Of a stretch of DNA of 64,000 nucleotides, positions 35,138 through 47,071 are shown piece after piece (positions within the stretch are counted from its first letter, which is position 1; each line of letters opens with the position of its first letter). A program made the translations under genes and the position numbers. The notes below the pieces were generated by a model. It was not told the DNA's origin. It saw nothing but the letters and a program-made list of their open reading frames with translations, and did not search any database. This DNA comes from Andalucia godoyi And28. Lineage: Eukaryota; Protista; Jakobida. Where the stretch lies: positions 212,748 to 276,747 of the forward strand of contig VRVR01000004.1 of NCBI GenBank assembly GCA_009859145.1, written 5' to 3'.

Positions 35138-37000
35138 ATGCCACCCAAAAAGACCAAGAAGCAGCGTGAAGAAGAGGAGCGGAAGCGTAAGGAAGAAGAA
35201 GACCGCTTACGGGCGGAGGAAGAAGAACGCCAAAGGATCGAAGCTGAGAAGCAGCGGAAAATCCGAGAAGAGGAAGAGCGCAAAAGGCTTATTGCAGAGG
35301 GCGAAAAGCGAGCCGTTGAGGCGGAGTTCCTTGCTCGAGAAGCTGTAGAGTATACGTCTTACGTGTCTGATTTTGAAAACCGGCGACATGCCAGTGTTAA
35401 GGCTCGTCTCGAAATGCGAGAATGGAAACATGCCTCTGCCTGTTCTCGTCTGCCGGACGCCAGTTCAGTTCGTGACATGAACACGTTTTATTCCGCGTGC
35501 AATGAAGATCCCTTAAAAACGATTGAAGACGCAGACCAGTGCTTCTTGATTCTCGAACATGCCGTCCTCGCGCAGACTGTGAATGATCACAAGAACCATC
35601 TGCTGGATGCTTCTCAAACTGCGATCGATACGTTTACTGCCAAGACGATGATGTTTGATTCTGAAAAAGGGGTATCGGATGAGTGCGGCAACAGAGGAGG
35701 GTTTACAAGGATTGTACGCGATTCTTCTCGAATTGGTGTTGGAATCTGGGCAAACACAAAGAAGGATCCTCGTACGCGCACCGTGGATTTCGGAAAGCTA
35801 GCGTCGTACTGCGATATCCCCAGATCACTTGCAATAGCCAATATCGCGATTCGTTATACGAGCATTCATGCACTAGGGTCTATTCCGTCAGACAAGCTGT
35901 TCCTTGCAGTTGGGGGTCTGCATCGATTTGAATTGCTGGCTCTCCCGCCTGCACCGAAACATCCCGAAGACGGAGCCCCGGAGGACGCGTGGACTGTTCG
36001 ATTGATTCCTACGAATGCTGAGACTCACGTTCATCACGTAACGTATCCACCACAAATGGAAAGCACCACTCCAGCGTCTGGTGTTCCTGCCATTAGTCTG
36101 CGATTCACCGTTGTCGTTCCGAATGATGTGCTAATCCGCGTGGACGCGTCCGCAGGGGACATAGTTCGCGTTGGAGAATGGGACGAAAGCAATTCCAGTT
36201 GGAGGGTGGATTCAAGTGCGGTGCAGCAAGCAACGTTTATACCGGACACTCGGCAGTTGTCTTTTCAAGCGGCGCGATTTGGGACGTTTGCTTTGCTGTT
36301 CCCGAGAGCTTATGACCTTCCGCTGGCGACGTGTCATGTGCGCCGCACATCGGCAAACGTCGTAAGCCTATACATTCAAGGCAAGAGACGATGGTCTGCA
36401 GCGGACCTTGACGTTGAGATATCAGTCTCTTCCGAGGGTTGCAAAGTCGTTCGGCCTGCGCTGCCGGTTCCGATAGAAGGAGATCCGTACCCCGTGCTCG
36501 TTGCGCTCCAAAAATACGGATTACATGTCATGTTTGAGGAATTTGACGCTGCAGAAATTGAGAATCTGGTTCCCAAAAGCCAAAGTCTCGAAGAGAAAGC
36601 ATACGCAGAAATTGCGTTGATGATTGCTTCTGGTTGTCTGCACCGTGTGGAAGTAAGCAAGTGGAATCGTTCCGCTCCAGCTGACACTGGCATTGTGCGG
36701 CTCTTTGCGGAAGCTGTATCTGAGGATGTTGTGGCGGAAGCTCACGAGTCTCACTGGTGTCGAGTTCCCGATTGCGGAGAAGAATCAGAAAATTGGCCTC
36801 ATGACGATTTCTTGCGAAAGCAGGACACACACATCAATCTGTTTTACCTTGTGAAGTCTCTGCGAGAACAAGGAGCAATTCCAGCCATTGAAAGTGGAAG
36901 CGAATCCGACGATGATTATGTGCATCGAGTGGACATGAGCACTGTCGATTTCTTGACAGAACTGCTGCGCCTAGTCAGACCCTTATCATTTTCGTCGTAG
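35138..37000 (+). CDS. CASC1: CASC1/DNAI7 (CFAP94, IC97) axonemal dynein-associated protein
   Basis: MPPKK start with an E/R/K-rich helix, then EW.H..AC..LPD......MNTF.S and G+WAN..K.PR, plus the conserved C-terminal region. Confidence 0.75.
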   Translation: MPPKKTKKQREEEERKRKEEEDRLRAEEEERQRIEAEKQRKIREEEERKRLIAEGEKRAVEAEFLAREAVEYTSYVSDFENRRHASVKARLEMREWKHASACSRLPDASSVRDMNTFYSACNEDPLKTIEDADQCFLILEHAVLAQTVNDHKNHLLDASQTAIDTFTAKTMMFDSEKGVSDECGNRGGFTRIVRDSSRIGVGIWANTKKDPRTRTVDFGKLASYCDIPRSLAIANIAIRYTSIHALGSIPSDKLFLAVGGLHRFELLALPPAPKHPEDGAPEDAWTVRLIPTNAETHVHHVTYPPQMESTTPASGVPAISLRFTVVVPNDVLIRVDASAGDIVRVGEWDESNSSWRVDSSAVQQATFIPDTRQLSFQAARFGTFALLFPRAYDLPLATCHVRRTSANVVSLYIQGKRRWSAADLDVEISVSSEGCKVVRPALPVPIEGDPYPVLVALQKYGLHVMFEEFDAAEIENLVPKSQSLEEKAYAEIALMIASGCLHRVEVSKWNRSAPADTGIVRLFAEAVSEDVVAEAHESHWCRVPDCGEESENWPHDDFLRKQDTHINLFYLVKSLREQGAIPAIESGSESDDDYVHRVDMSTVDFLTELLRLVRPLSFSS

Positions 37001-37034
37001 TACGTAAAAAAAAAAAAGCCATTTGCAATACACA

Positions 37035-37851
37035 TTAGGCGCTGCAGAGCGGAAACAGCCATTTCAATAGTTTGTGGTGCTCAACCTTCGATGATACATT
37101 TTGGAAGGTCTGAGCATCAATCTGTTCCCACGGCAGCTCACTCCGAGACTTCTTCTCCAGATGCTCGAACACTTGAAGCGATTCCAGCAACGTAGCGGAA
37201 TGCGAATTGAGCGCAGGACCTGCATTGTCCGCAGCGGATCCTCCGGGTTGAGAGTCAGGTCCCCAGTGTCGTTTCTTCCACGCTTGAAACGGCAATTTGT
37301 CAACAGACACTTTAACTCTGCTGAGCGCTTCGTTCTTGATGATTTTTGATAATTGAGACTGAACGTCGCCCGCAACAGCAGGCATAGACCATTCAGCATA
37401 GTCCGGGATTTCGTCATCATTTTCTTCCTTCCGACTAAACACCGGAACCTCGAAAACTGAAGTATTCTCCGAAACAGAAATCCTTCGTTCTGGTTTCAAT
37501 GCATTACTCGCGTGCGAGAGAGTCATCTGAGACAGCACTTGCGCCATATCTTTTCCGAGAAGCGGAGACTGCGATTCTGGAAATGGTCGCCCACGAGGAA
37601 CACTGTCCAAACTCCAACTGTTATAATCGGGAACATCGTCGTCGTCATCATCAGCTTCATAGCTATGTGCATTCGCGAGCAAGAGTCCGCTTCCACTGGG
37701 CACAGGGTTCGATTGTCCAGAATTTCGAGTGCCAGGCTGATGAAAAATACGTTAGAATGACGAACTAAGGTGAAATCTGGAAAAGAATTTTGAAAAAGCA
37801 TACAGGAAGGCTCCACGAGGAATAGTCTGGGATATCGTTGTCGTCCGCCAT
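37035..37851 (-). CDS. Hypothetical protein with three acidic DDx[IV]PDYxxWS[LM] motifs, 2 exons (37804-37851, 37035-37736)
   Basis: Intron 37737-37803 (GTATGC, TTCTAAC branch point, CAG) joins in frame, and exon 1 carries the same motif as exon 2. Confidence 0.75.
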
Positions 37852-38022
37852 TTTGACCAAAAAAATTAATTTCACTTCGAGAAAAAAGAGGAAGACAAGA
37901 AAGAATTCGCAAGATTTGCGGGAAGCAGCAGAAAAAGCACGCGAAGCAAAAGCAATGCCATAGATGAGGAGGGTACGGCGGGCAGAAGCCCAAGAAGGAA
38001 GGACTGAAGGAAAGAAGAACAG

Positions 38023-38274
38023 ATGGTGGACGTCACCAACCTCAAAAACCTCTCCAAACATTTGGCTCGCGTGCTGCGCCTCAAGCGGCGTAAAGTGACT
38101 TTTTACAATCCGCATCAGCGCCCATCCAATGAAGTTCCCCTTTTGAGTGGGGACATCCGTGCGTCTGCGCACACCAAAACAGAAACAACCTATGTTTTCG
38201 TTCAGGGCTCTCGAATGGATCAATTAGTGCATTCGTTGGAAACCGTTTGGACTTTGGGAACCATGGGAAACTAG
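38023..38274 (+). CDS. Possible small protein (83 aa)
   Basis: ATG-initiated ORF in an otherwise same-strand gap; only a weak resemblance to the SUI1/DENR C-terminus. Confidence 0.3.
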   Translation: MVDVTNLKNLSKHLARVLRLKRRKVTFYNPHQRPSNEVPLLSGDIRASAHTKTETTYVFVQGSRMDQLVHSLETVWTLGTMGN

Positions 38275-38660
38275 GGGTTTCAACGAGCTTCATTTATTGC
38301 CATTCCGCAATTTATCAACTTGTTGATTCTCTCTCTCGATCTTTCCTTCTCTGTTTTCAATCGAGCGGATGTTGTATTCATTCTGTTGATTGGCAATGGT
38401 GTGCGCCACACAGAGAGAGAGAGAGAGAGAGAGGTCCTCCGCGGTGGAGGAATCATCGATTACAAAGAATCGGCTGTGAATATTCGACAGTGTTTCATTG
38501 GGTCTCGGCTTGCAGACCTTCAGCCATGCTATCCGATGGTATTCACAGCCGTCCAACAGACGTTTGGGTTGGAGGCAGACTCATTCTTTTTCTTCTTTTT
38601 CTTTACTTTCTGAGCTGCCATTGCACGAACTGCAGTCAATTTGAGCTCCTGCAACTGGTC

Positions 38661-40895
38661 TCATTGGGTCTTTGCTGCCTTCCGTAAGCCAGTCGATGCA
38701 AGGACGCGCCCAGCTCGCCCAGATGGCTTGCGGACGCCGTGCTTCTGAGAGGACGCCGCCCTCGATCGAATTTTCTTCATGGTGGACAGAAACAACTTGT
38801 AGGACTCTCGAATTTTCTCCATCATGAAACTTCTATAAACGGCTCGGTCTTTGAATGCCTCGGCAAACGGACGCGAATCAGAATCGTTCTCAGTTTTGTC
38901 CTCATGCATCGCAGTTCTCCAAGACGCAATGTGTGACTTTTGCCAATGCCGTGCGCTCGAAGAACGCGGCGCCGGAACCGCAGCTGGCCCTTGACGAGCA
39001 GGGAATTTGTAGAATGAATCCTCTCCAAGGATAAGTGCTCGTGAATGAGCACGAACACGCGGATGAATGTGTTTCGAAGTAAGAACAAATTCGAATGCTG
39101 GTAAAGTGAAATTTCCGGTGACATGGTGCTTTCCAATCAAAGAGATGTCCACCGCGGATGTCGACGCTCCGGTTTCCGACAAGGCTTCTGAAAACAACGC
39201 ATTCGCGAGACCGGGATTCGCAGTTAGAATGGCACCCGCGGTTTCGAACATCATGGAAACCGATTCAGATGCAGAAGAAGGAGTGTTCAAAAGGGATGCC
39301 GATGGAAGAGTACAAACGGCGAACAAGATCTGGCGAACAAGCACCTCACTGCGATGCACACCGAGCTGTCGCAGAATAGGCGGAGCACGCAGAATGACTG
39401 CACAAGCTTCTGCAATATCCGCGAAAGTCTGATCGTCTCGTGGCGGACAGACAAGCAACTCACCAAGGACATCGTAGACAGCCTGGACAACAGAATGATG
39501 GTCAATGGACAGCCCAGCAATTGCGCCAGACCCAAAGAGCAGTTTTCCAACCTGGCAAAGTGCGGTCGCTCGGCAACTGGCAGCATATGAAACGTCGCTG
39601 GAACCCGAAGCCACAGACAACATGCATGCCGCTGCATCCAAAATGAGATCCACATTTAGAAGATGACCAAATGTAACAATCCCTCTCATCGACGCTCGCA
39701 GCAACGGCTCTGAAGCAGAAACAGGAGTAATCACTGGTGCCTGAAGCACACGGAAGTAACAAGAAACCATGGAATGGAGCATCTTCGTTTCGAACGAAAG
39801 CTTCTCCTTCTTCGACATTGTCGCGCTCGATTCTTTGAGGTCCTTCTCCAACTGTTCTTCATCTTCCTCATTCTCTTCATCACTTTCATCTTCTCGCTCC
39901 TTCTCGACGGATTTCTTTGCAGCATCATGTTTGTGACCACTTCGTCCAAGCTTCTTGGCAAATGTTTTTGATGGTTTCTTCTTCTCTTCATTCATCGAAG
40001 AATGAGAATACACAAGTGTCTGAGTAAACTTGAGAGATTCAAAGGATTCTAGCAACACCACATGAAACCAATCACAGCGCATGGACTCAAACGACGATCG
40101 CAGCCGTTTCGCCACGTTCTGGACCACTTGCACGGCGGCATCCGAGTACATATTGTCTGAGAACAAGATTCTAATCCATTTGCAAGCCTCCTGCACGCAC
40201 GTGCTTCCCATTAGTGTCACCAGAGGCGCGGCGAGTCTATCTACTAAATTGAAGTGCGGCAACTTCGAAAGAAGCAATCCGACAGCACGAACCATAAAGA
40301 CCTCCTCCTTATGTGCCAATCGTTTCAAACAGAAATCCACGAATGCAGTGTAGTGTTTCAGCACCGAAGCCTCGAACATTCGAATGTTGCGAACTTCTTT
40401 TGAAAGGAGCTTATCGTCCTCCTTGGAGTGATCTGCAATCTTGTACATTGGGCAGATATCTGCGAACACCTGAGCTAATGACAGAACCACAAGAGAAAGG
40501 AACTCTGCATTCTCCTTGAACTCCACAAGCATATCAGTCAATTCCTTCATGGCCTCGGAGGAAGCAGCCGGCTCTGAAAGGATCGACGTACACAGCGTGG
40601 CAATTCGTTCCTTCAACAAACGAAGAGTCCACACCGTGACCTTCTTTTTGGCAGGGGGTTCCACTAGCGGTTTTGCATCCGGTGTAGGAACATCGCGCTT
40701 TCGAGACGCCTGTTTTGGCTGCGAAACGACCGCCCCTGCAGCATCGCGGATTGGCAGTCCTTGAGGCTGTTGGCTGTGGTTCTTTCCAGGTCCCTTGAAC
40801 GCTCTGACTCTACTTTCTCCAAATGAAAGCTCGTTTTCAAACACCTTCGCAGCTTTCGCAGAACCCCGACGCGGTTTCACGTCAGACACGGTCAT
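38661..40895 (-). CDS. NOC3: Nucleolar complex protein 3
   Basis: Motifs KERIA.LC..IL..P, SLAQVFADICP.YKI, SKEVR.IR.FE..VLKHY and LPHFN, an acidic ED insert, and GHLLNVD. Confidence 0.85.
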   Translation of the reverse strand: MTVSDVKPRRGSAKAAKVFENELSFGESRVRAFKGPGKNHSQQPQGLPIRDAAGAVVSQPKQASRKRDVPTPDAKPLVEPPAKKKVTVWTLRLLKERIATLCTSILSEPAASSEAMKELTDMLVEFKENAEFLSLVVLSLAQVFADICPMYKIADHSKEDDKLLSKEVRNIRMFEASVLKHYTAFVDFCLKRLAHKEEVFMVRAVGLLLSKLPHFNLVDRLAAPLVTLMGSTCVQEACKWIRILFSDNMYSDAAVQVVQNVAKRLRSSFESMRCDWFHVVLLESFESLKFTQTLVYSHSSMNEEKKKPSKTFAKKLGRSGHKHDAAKKSVEKEREDESDEENEEDEEQLEKDLKESSATMSKKEKLSFETKMLHSMVSCYFRVLQAPVITPVSASEPLLRASMRGIVTFGHLLNVDLILDAAACMLSVASGSSDVSYAASCRATALCQVGKLLFGSGAIAGLSIDHHSVVQAVYDVLGELLVCPPRDDQTFADIAEACAVILRAPPILRQLGVHRSEVLVRQILFAVCTLPSASLLNTPSSASESVSMMFETAGAILTANPGLANALFSEALSETGASTSAVDISLIGKHHVTGNFTLPAFEFVLTSKHIHPRVRAHSRALILGEDSFYKFPARQGPAAVPAPRSSSARHWQKSHIASWRTAMHEDKTENDSDSRPFAEAFKDRAVYRSFMMEKIRESYKLFLSTMKKIRSRAASSQKHGVRKPSGRAGRVLASTGLRKAAKTQ

Positions 40896-40908
40896 TTATT
40901 ATTTCGCA

Positions 40909-40940
<32 letters not shown>

Positions 40941-40987
40941 TAAAAAAATAAAAAACAACAACAACAACAACAACAACAATAATAATA
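40909..40987. repeat. (AAT)n and (AAC)n trinucleotide microsatellites
   Basis: Seen directly upstream of NOC3. Confidence 0.9.
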
Positions 40988-41250
40988 GTTTCGCTTACCG
41001 AGAAGAAGTGAAAATAAACAAGAAAAATAATATAATAAAATTATTCGCTCGAAAGAGGAAACACACTGGATAAATTGGACAGCTTTCCAAGCGCCGTCGA
41101 CACGTGTCAACAGAATCCTCTTTCCGGATGGTCGTCAGGAACAAAAATATATGAAAACTGCGTTGTGTGGTTCGTTGCTTCTCGGTCTTCCAGTTTCTTT
41201 TCTGCTTCTTTCTGTTGCTTTGACTTGGTGAGTGAGTGTGGGCTTGGAGA

Positions 41251-42093
41251 ATGAATTCGATGTTGTCATTGGATGTGGAGAGGCTGTTGATATTGCATGT
41301 GACTGATACACATGCCGATTTATTGCAAATTCACAGATTGGCTGATTATTTTAGCGAACGGCGGATTCTAGTGGATTTGATTTTACATTCGGGCGATGTC
41401 GGAGATCTTTCGAGTCCTCAAACTGCGTCGAAAGAGCAGCATTTTGCAGCAGAGGGTGAACTGACTGACACCTTTGCATCCATAGAAAATATTTGCTGTC
41501 GCCTATTGTACGTACCGGGAAATCATGACCCGGAAAGTACCTTTTCCAGAAAGCCACAGCTGTCGTCGTACAGCAAAAATGTGCATGGAAGCCCCATGCT
41601 ATTGGTTCCGAATTTGTACTTGGTGTCGGCAGGTGGATCGGTTGATTCTTTCGAAATTGCTGACAAAACCAAACTTAAATGGGCTGGATATCCTTACTCG
41701 GAGGGCAAGACCGAAGAATTGCGTCGTTGCCTGGAGGCTCAGCTTGAGAAGGTTCCGGCGGATGCGGATGTTCTTGTGATGACGCACTGTGGACCGTCTG
41801 GATCACCGAGTGTTATCTGGAACGGCATTGTTGACATGGGATCATCGGATGTTTTGCATTTCTTGCAAAAACTGGAAGGAAGAAGACCCCATCTGAATCC
41901 ATTGCTTGCGATCCATGGACACACCCATCCTTCTCCTGGGCAGTTTACTTTAGGCAGTCTCTCTTTTCCAGTGTCAAATGCGGGATCTCTTGTCGATGGA
42001 AACTTTTCGGTCATTCATCTTGCAAAACATCCCGAGACGCGTCGGTGGAGCCTCGAACGCATCGAACAATTAAACTTGGATGCAATGTACTAG
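41251..42093 (+). CDS. Calcineurin-like metallophosphoesterase (Icc-related)
   Basis: All five motifs are present: DTH, GD, GNHD, TH and GHTH. Confidence 0.88.
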   Translation: MNSMLSLDVERLLILHVTDTHADLLQIHRLADYFSERRILVDLILHSGDVGDLSSPQTASKEQHFAAEGELTDTFASIENICCRLLYVPGNHDPESTFSRKPQLSSYSKNVHGSPMLLVPNLYLVSAGGSVDSFEIADKTKLKWAGYPYSEGKTEELRRCLEAQLEKVPADADVLVMTHCGPSGSPSVIWNGIVDMGSSDVLHFLQKLEGRRPHLNPLLAIHGHTHPSPGQFTLGSLSFPVSNAGSLVDGNFSVIHLAKHPETRRWSLERIEQLNLDAMY

Positions 42094-42139
42094 CACCACG
42101 ATTGTCATTTGACTTTTAAAAAAACAAAAAACAAAAAAA

Positions 42140-45100
42140 TTACTGCACAAAGGCTGAAAACTCGTCAGGCGAAACAGTGACATGGGACTTCTGAGAAGTG
42201 TTGTAGGATCGGACGTTATCAATGACGATCAATGGCACACGTTCTCCTGCATCTCTTTGCAAAGAATTGAAATTGCTCAATATCGTGCCCGCTAGCACAG
42301 GGGAAATATGCGGACACAGTTCAGTGCAGATAAATTTGGCGTCAAGCGACTTCTTGTGCATCACCAACAAATTGGACAATTCTCTTGTTTTGGAAAACCA
42401 ACAGTTTTCGTCAGGCACACGCACACGGTTCTCAACAACGTTGCGAACCTCCATGGAGTACATTTTGAGAATCATTCCAGAATCTTCCGAGCAAAGTTCT
42501 GGACAGTCCGCGAGCGCCAGTAGCACAGCATTGTCAAGCGCAGAAACAAATACCTTCGACAAAGCGGGAGACAATTTCTTGCCTTCCCCGGTGACTCGCA
42601 GTTGCAACGCAAGCAGGTTTTGTAGAGACGACAAGACTGGATGCATGGCCAGATTGAACTGGCTGCCTCCCTTTAACAAAACTTCTATGACGGAGCGAGA
42701 CGGGAACTGCAGCAACAATCCCACGGCATCGCAAAGCATAGCCAAGGACATCCGCATGCAAGAAACCAAACAGTCACGAACAACGGCTACACGATCCGTT
42801 GTTGATGAATTCTTCGATGCTGTCCACGCAGATTCGGGATCGTCGTCTTCAGCAGATCGGCTCGCCGAACGAGAACGACTCTCGACAACTCGCTGAAATG
42901 CAGCTACCAGCACAAACGACGGCAATACATTATACAACTTCTGGTTGCTGATTGCACTGACAAAATTTTGCATACGATCCAAGACATTGTTACCTGACCG
43001 CACGGACAAATCAACGAGATCTCTGACAGCCAGTTCCAAAGCAAATGGTGATGCAGGCGACTGCGGAAGATCATATAATTCACGGTCGACAAAGACGGCC
43101 ACGACTTCATCCACGGCAAAGAGGGTACTTCGAGGACTGGGAACGGCGGCGGCAACAGTCGCTGTCGCATCCGTTTCAAGAACCTTGACTCTTAAAAGAA
43201 GTGAGTCGATTTCATTCGCGAGTGCAGTCTTCTCTCTCTCAGCGTCTTCTCTGATCTCCGAAATCGAGGCATCGTACTGCGACAGCTTTTCCAGTAAGGC
43301 AGAAATTTCTGATGCATACGTCTCTTTCTCCTTGTCCGACGCTGCTCGAAGGTCCGAAACAAGGCTCTCGTACTTATCAATGCGATCCAGCAGGGAAGAG
43401 ATCTCTGCTTCCAAAGCAGAAACGGTTCGCGAAACCTCCGATTCTCGAAACGTTACGTCTTCCTGACCATCATTCACCTGCGACAACAGCGAGCCAACTT
43501 CAGAGGCCAATGCCTCCACCTCCCTTCTGGACTGCCCACTGTTCGTTCTGGCTTCGTCTTCAGCTTCCGCCAGTTTCATCAACAGAGAATCAATCTCAGA
43601 CCGCAAGGCAGACGTATCGCTGTTGTACATATCCCTCAGATCAGTCAAAGAAACACTCATTTCAGAGAGCTGCTGCAAAAGGGAATCCACTTCGGAGCGG
43701 AATGCAATTCTATCCTGTTCTGCAGAATCTCTTGCTTCTTCGAATGTCGTCGAGAAATCGGACAGTTGCTTCAGCAAGGAATCTACCTCGGAACGCAGCG
43801 CATCCCTGTCACGTTCCAGATCACGAAAATCGTCAATAGAACAGAACTTCTTATTTCTCGTATCGATATTCAGAGAGTTGCTTCGAGAACGAATCGAACG
43901 ATTTCCTGCGATGTCCGAGGTGACAAACCCAGGGGCAGACTGAATGGAGATCGGCGGACGGGACCCGGAAAGAACGGTGGCATGCGCATCCTCAGAGAAC
44001 GGATTAAAGTCTTCATCATTATCGAACGGGTTGCTGCGGTCGAGTGTGCTGGTACTGTCTCGAGCCTTTCCTTCTCCGATTGTAGATGTTCCAATTTGAA
44101 TGATGCCTCCCTCTTCTGAAAAGGGATTGAACGGATCGCTGGATTGCGCAACATTTGAATGCTGGCCCATGGCGAAGCCAGTATGCAACGGAATATGATC
44201 TTTTTCAGCAGCCTTGTTGTGCAGATCCGACACGGTATCCTCCAACACAGAAACAGCCTGCCGAAGAGCATCATTCTCATTCTTCAAGTTGTGAAGTTCT
44301 TGATTCGGACCTCGCAGCGCCGACTCCAGGTCAACAACCAATCTATCGCGCGCTTTCAGCGCTAATGACACGGATTCCAGATCGCTGCCTAGCTTTGAGA
44401 CAGAGATCTGCAATTCCAAGTTGCGAGAGGAAACAGAAGCCATATCCTGTTCGTGTTTCAGGCCACAGTTTGTAAGCGATTCTCGAGTTGCTTTCAATTG
44501 CTCCTCCACCGTTACCAACTGCTCGGCCTTTTCTCGCAACCTGGAATTCTCCGTTGTCAGGGAAGCAATGGTGCTGGCAAGCGAGTCTAGCTGGCTTTCC
44601 AGATGCAGCACTGTACTCGCAGAATCACTACGTGATTCCTCCAATTCTTGAACCCTCTTCTGCAGCTCGGTATTCTGCATGGTGAGGGAGCTCACGTTAG
44701 CAGAAGACTCCAGTTGTTGGCTCGTCAGGACAGAACACTGCAACGTTAAATCCGACAACTTATCAACAAGAGACGAACGCTCGGTCTGACCGGAAGACAC
44801 TTGTTCCAACAAAGAATCCGTGTTACTGCGCATGTTTTCCAATTGTTCCAACAACGCATCGCGCTCGGCGACTAACGAAGCATTCTGGTCTTGCAGAGCC
44901 TGCAGCTGTAGCCGCAGTTGAGACACATCAGCAGCTGCAGTGTCTATCTGGGCACTGAGTTCAGTGATTCGTTCGGACTGCATAGAATTCTCGGCAGCAA
45001 CGGAATCGTGCAAAGTCGTCTTCACACTCAATTCCTTTACAAGCTGATCGTTATGATTCTGAAGGACACGACTTGCCGCTTCCATCTCACACAGCAACGT

Positions 45101-47071
45101 CTTCTGACGACTGATTTCGACATCCAATTCATCCTTTGCAGACGAAACTGAGCGAAGTTCCGTCTGGGATGTTTGATAATTCGCCTTCAGCTCCTCAAGT
45201 TCTCTTCGAGTTTCTGCAAGAGTTTGAGAAGACGACTCGAGCTCATTCTCCAATTCCGCATGCAGCGATTCAAACTGAGCACATCTCTTTCTTTCTGAAT
45301 CCAGCGCAATCTGGGACTCCGCAAGCTGCACAGAATATACACCTACAACATCCGAAACATCAACATCCCGTTGTTTCAGCAATGCGTCTGTACCTTCACA
45401 CTGCCGACGAAGTCGCTCAATTTCCGCTTCTAACTCATGAACTTGGTGCGCCGTGTCTAAATGCAGTTGCATCTCTTTTTGATGACGTACAATAGTATCC
45501 TCCAATTCTTGTTTAGCTCTGGCGAGGTCAGCCGCTGACGATTCTCTAAAACGCTCCAAACAACTTTCGGATGCAGACAACTGTGTCTCCATGTCGGAAA
45601 TCCGATTTCGGCTAGCCGCTTGGGCAGCCACAAGTTCCGCATCCTTCTTGGCAAGAATCGCGAGACTCTCTTCAACCTTCCCTCGAAGCATCAGTATTTC
45701 ATTTCCTTGAGAATCGCGGACTTTGTCTCCATCCCCGTGCGCCATCAGAGATTCCTGATATCGATTGCGCGTCTGCTCTAATTCATGTTGCAAGAGGCTA
45801 TTTTTGACATGTCCTTCTTCGAGACTGATCTGCAAATTGCTGATCTCCACACCCTGCAGATGAATCCGTTCATCATATGCAGACAATCTCTCTTCCGCAG
45901 ACCTCAAAAGACTTGAAACGTGATCAAGATCCACTTGAGCCAACGACGCAGCTTCTTGAAAGCGGCGATTTTCCTCAAGTAGCCGAGCTCTCTCCGTGGC
46001 GAACGAGCTGGCATGACCATCGTCCACCTCCGTCGTCGCAACAGACTGGTTTCTGAGGTTTTCACGTAGAGTTTCAATCTGCTTTTCCTGACTCCCAATC
46101 TTTTCTTCTGCATTGTCCAGCTCTGCACAGAGTTCAGTGACACGCTGAACGAGATCGTTGCGATCTTTTGTCGCTACTTCTGCATTCGCGTTCAGCTGAA
46201 TCAACTTATCCTTTAGCGTCTCATTCTCTTGAACAATCCGCAAAACCTCTGGGTTGTCGGCGGACGTCTGATGCATCGGCCGCATCGAGCTTTCCTCCAA
46301 GGCTTTGATTTTTTTCAAATACTTTTGTTCTGTCTCTTCATTGTCCTTGATCACAGTCTCGAGATCGTCCACTTTCCCTTCCAGTTCAAAATTCGCAGAC
46401 AGCAACTGAGAAACTTGCTGCCTTAATTCTTCTTCCTTGTCGGTAGATCGAGCAGAAGACGTCCCAGCAAACGTGCCGCGAGACGCGGGTGTCCCCTGAA
46501 CGGAAACAGCAACCGAAGACTCGCTTACATTATCCGCATCTGCATCACCAATAGCTCTTCCGCGAACGGAGCCTGCGATCTTGATGCCAGCCTTCCCAAC
46601 CTTCCCGCTCACAGTAAAAGGATGCACTTCCGAAGGATTCGAACTGATGAACTGGGCAAGATCTAGAGAAATAAGATTCGAGACAGGTTCATGTTTTCCG
46701 CTACCGGTGGTATCAGATTCAAACAATTGGAGTTCCAGAATCTTCGGCTTAAACCCATCTTTCTTCCGGGCAAGCGTTCCAGTGAAGGAGAACGTCTTTT
46801 GGAATTGGGCAATCCCATCGCGTACCGTGGTGGTTGGCAAATGACCTCGTCGGCTACTTCCTCGTTTCTGTTGACGTTGGTCAGAAAAAAATGCGCCGGG
46901 AACGTGGGAAGATGGAGACGGAGATGGAAACATATATATAGGGAGGGAGAGAGAAGGGAGATGTCATACCCAAAACATATGGATATCCGCGTACTGATAC
47001 GTGGACGGAAACCCAGATACGTCCTGGATTTCCACCTCGAACATGAACTTCACAGCAGAAGACTTTGACAT
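42140..47071 (-). CDS. NT-type C2 (EEIG1/EHBP1-like) domain, long coiled coil and C-terminal DIL domain; 2 exons (46970-47071, 42140-46867)
   Basis: Intron 46868-46969 (GTATGA, CTGAC, CAG) gives VKFMFEVEIQDVSG..IHMFWKRG..G..P...VRDG.A.F. The C-terminus DNAVL..L....ELCS...G..LK..TRELSNLL..K...ELCP.IS is DIL-like. Confidence 0.82.

Noticed and set aside
37035-37049. C-terminal LCSA as a prenylation signal
   Set aside because: The Cys is third from the end, whereas CaaX needs it fourth from the end.
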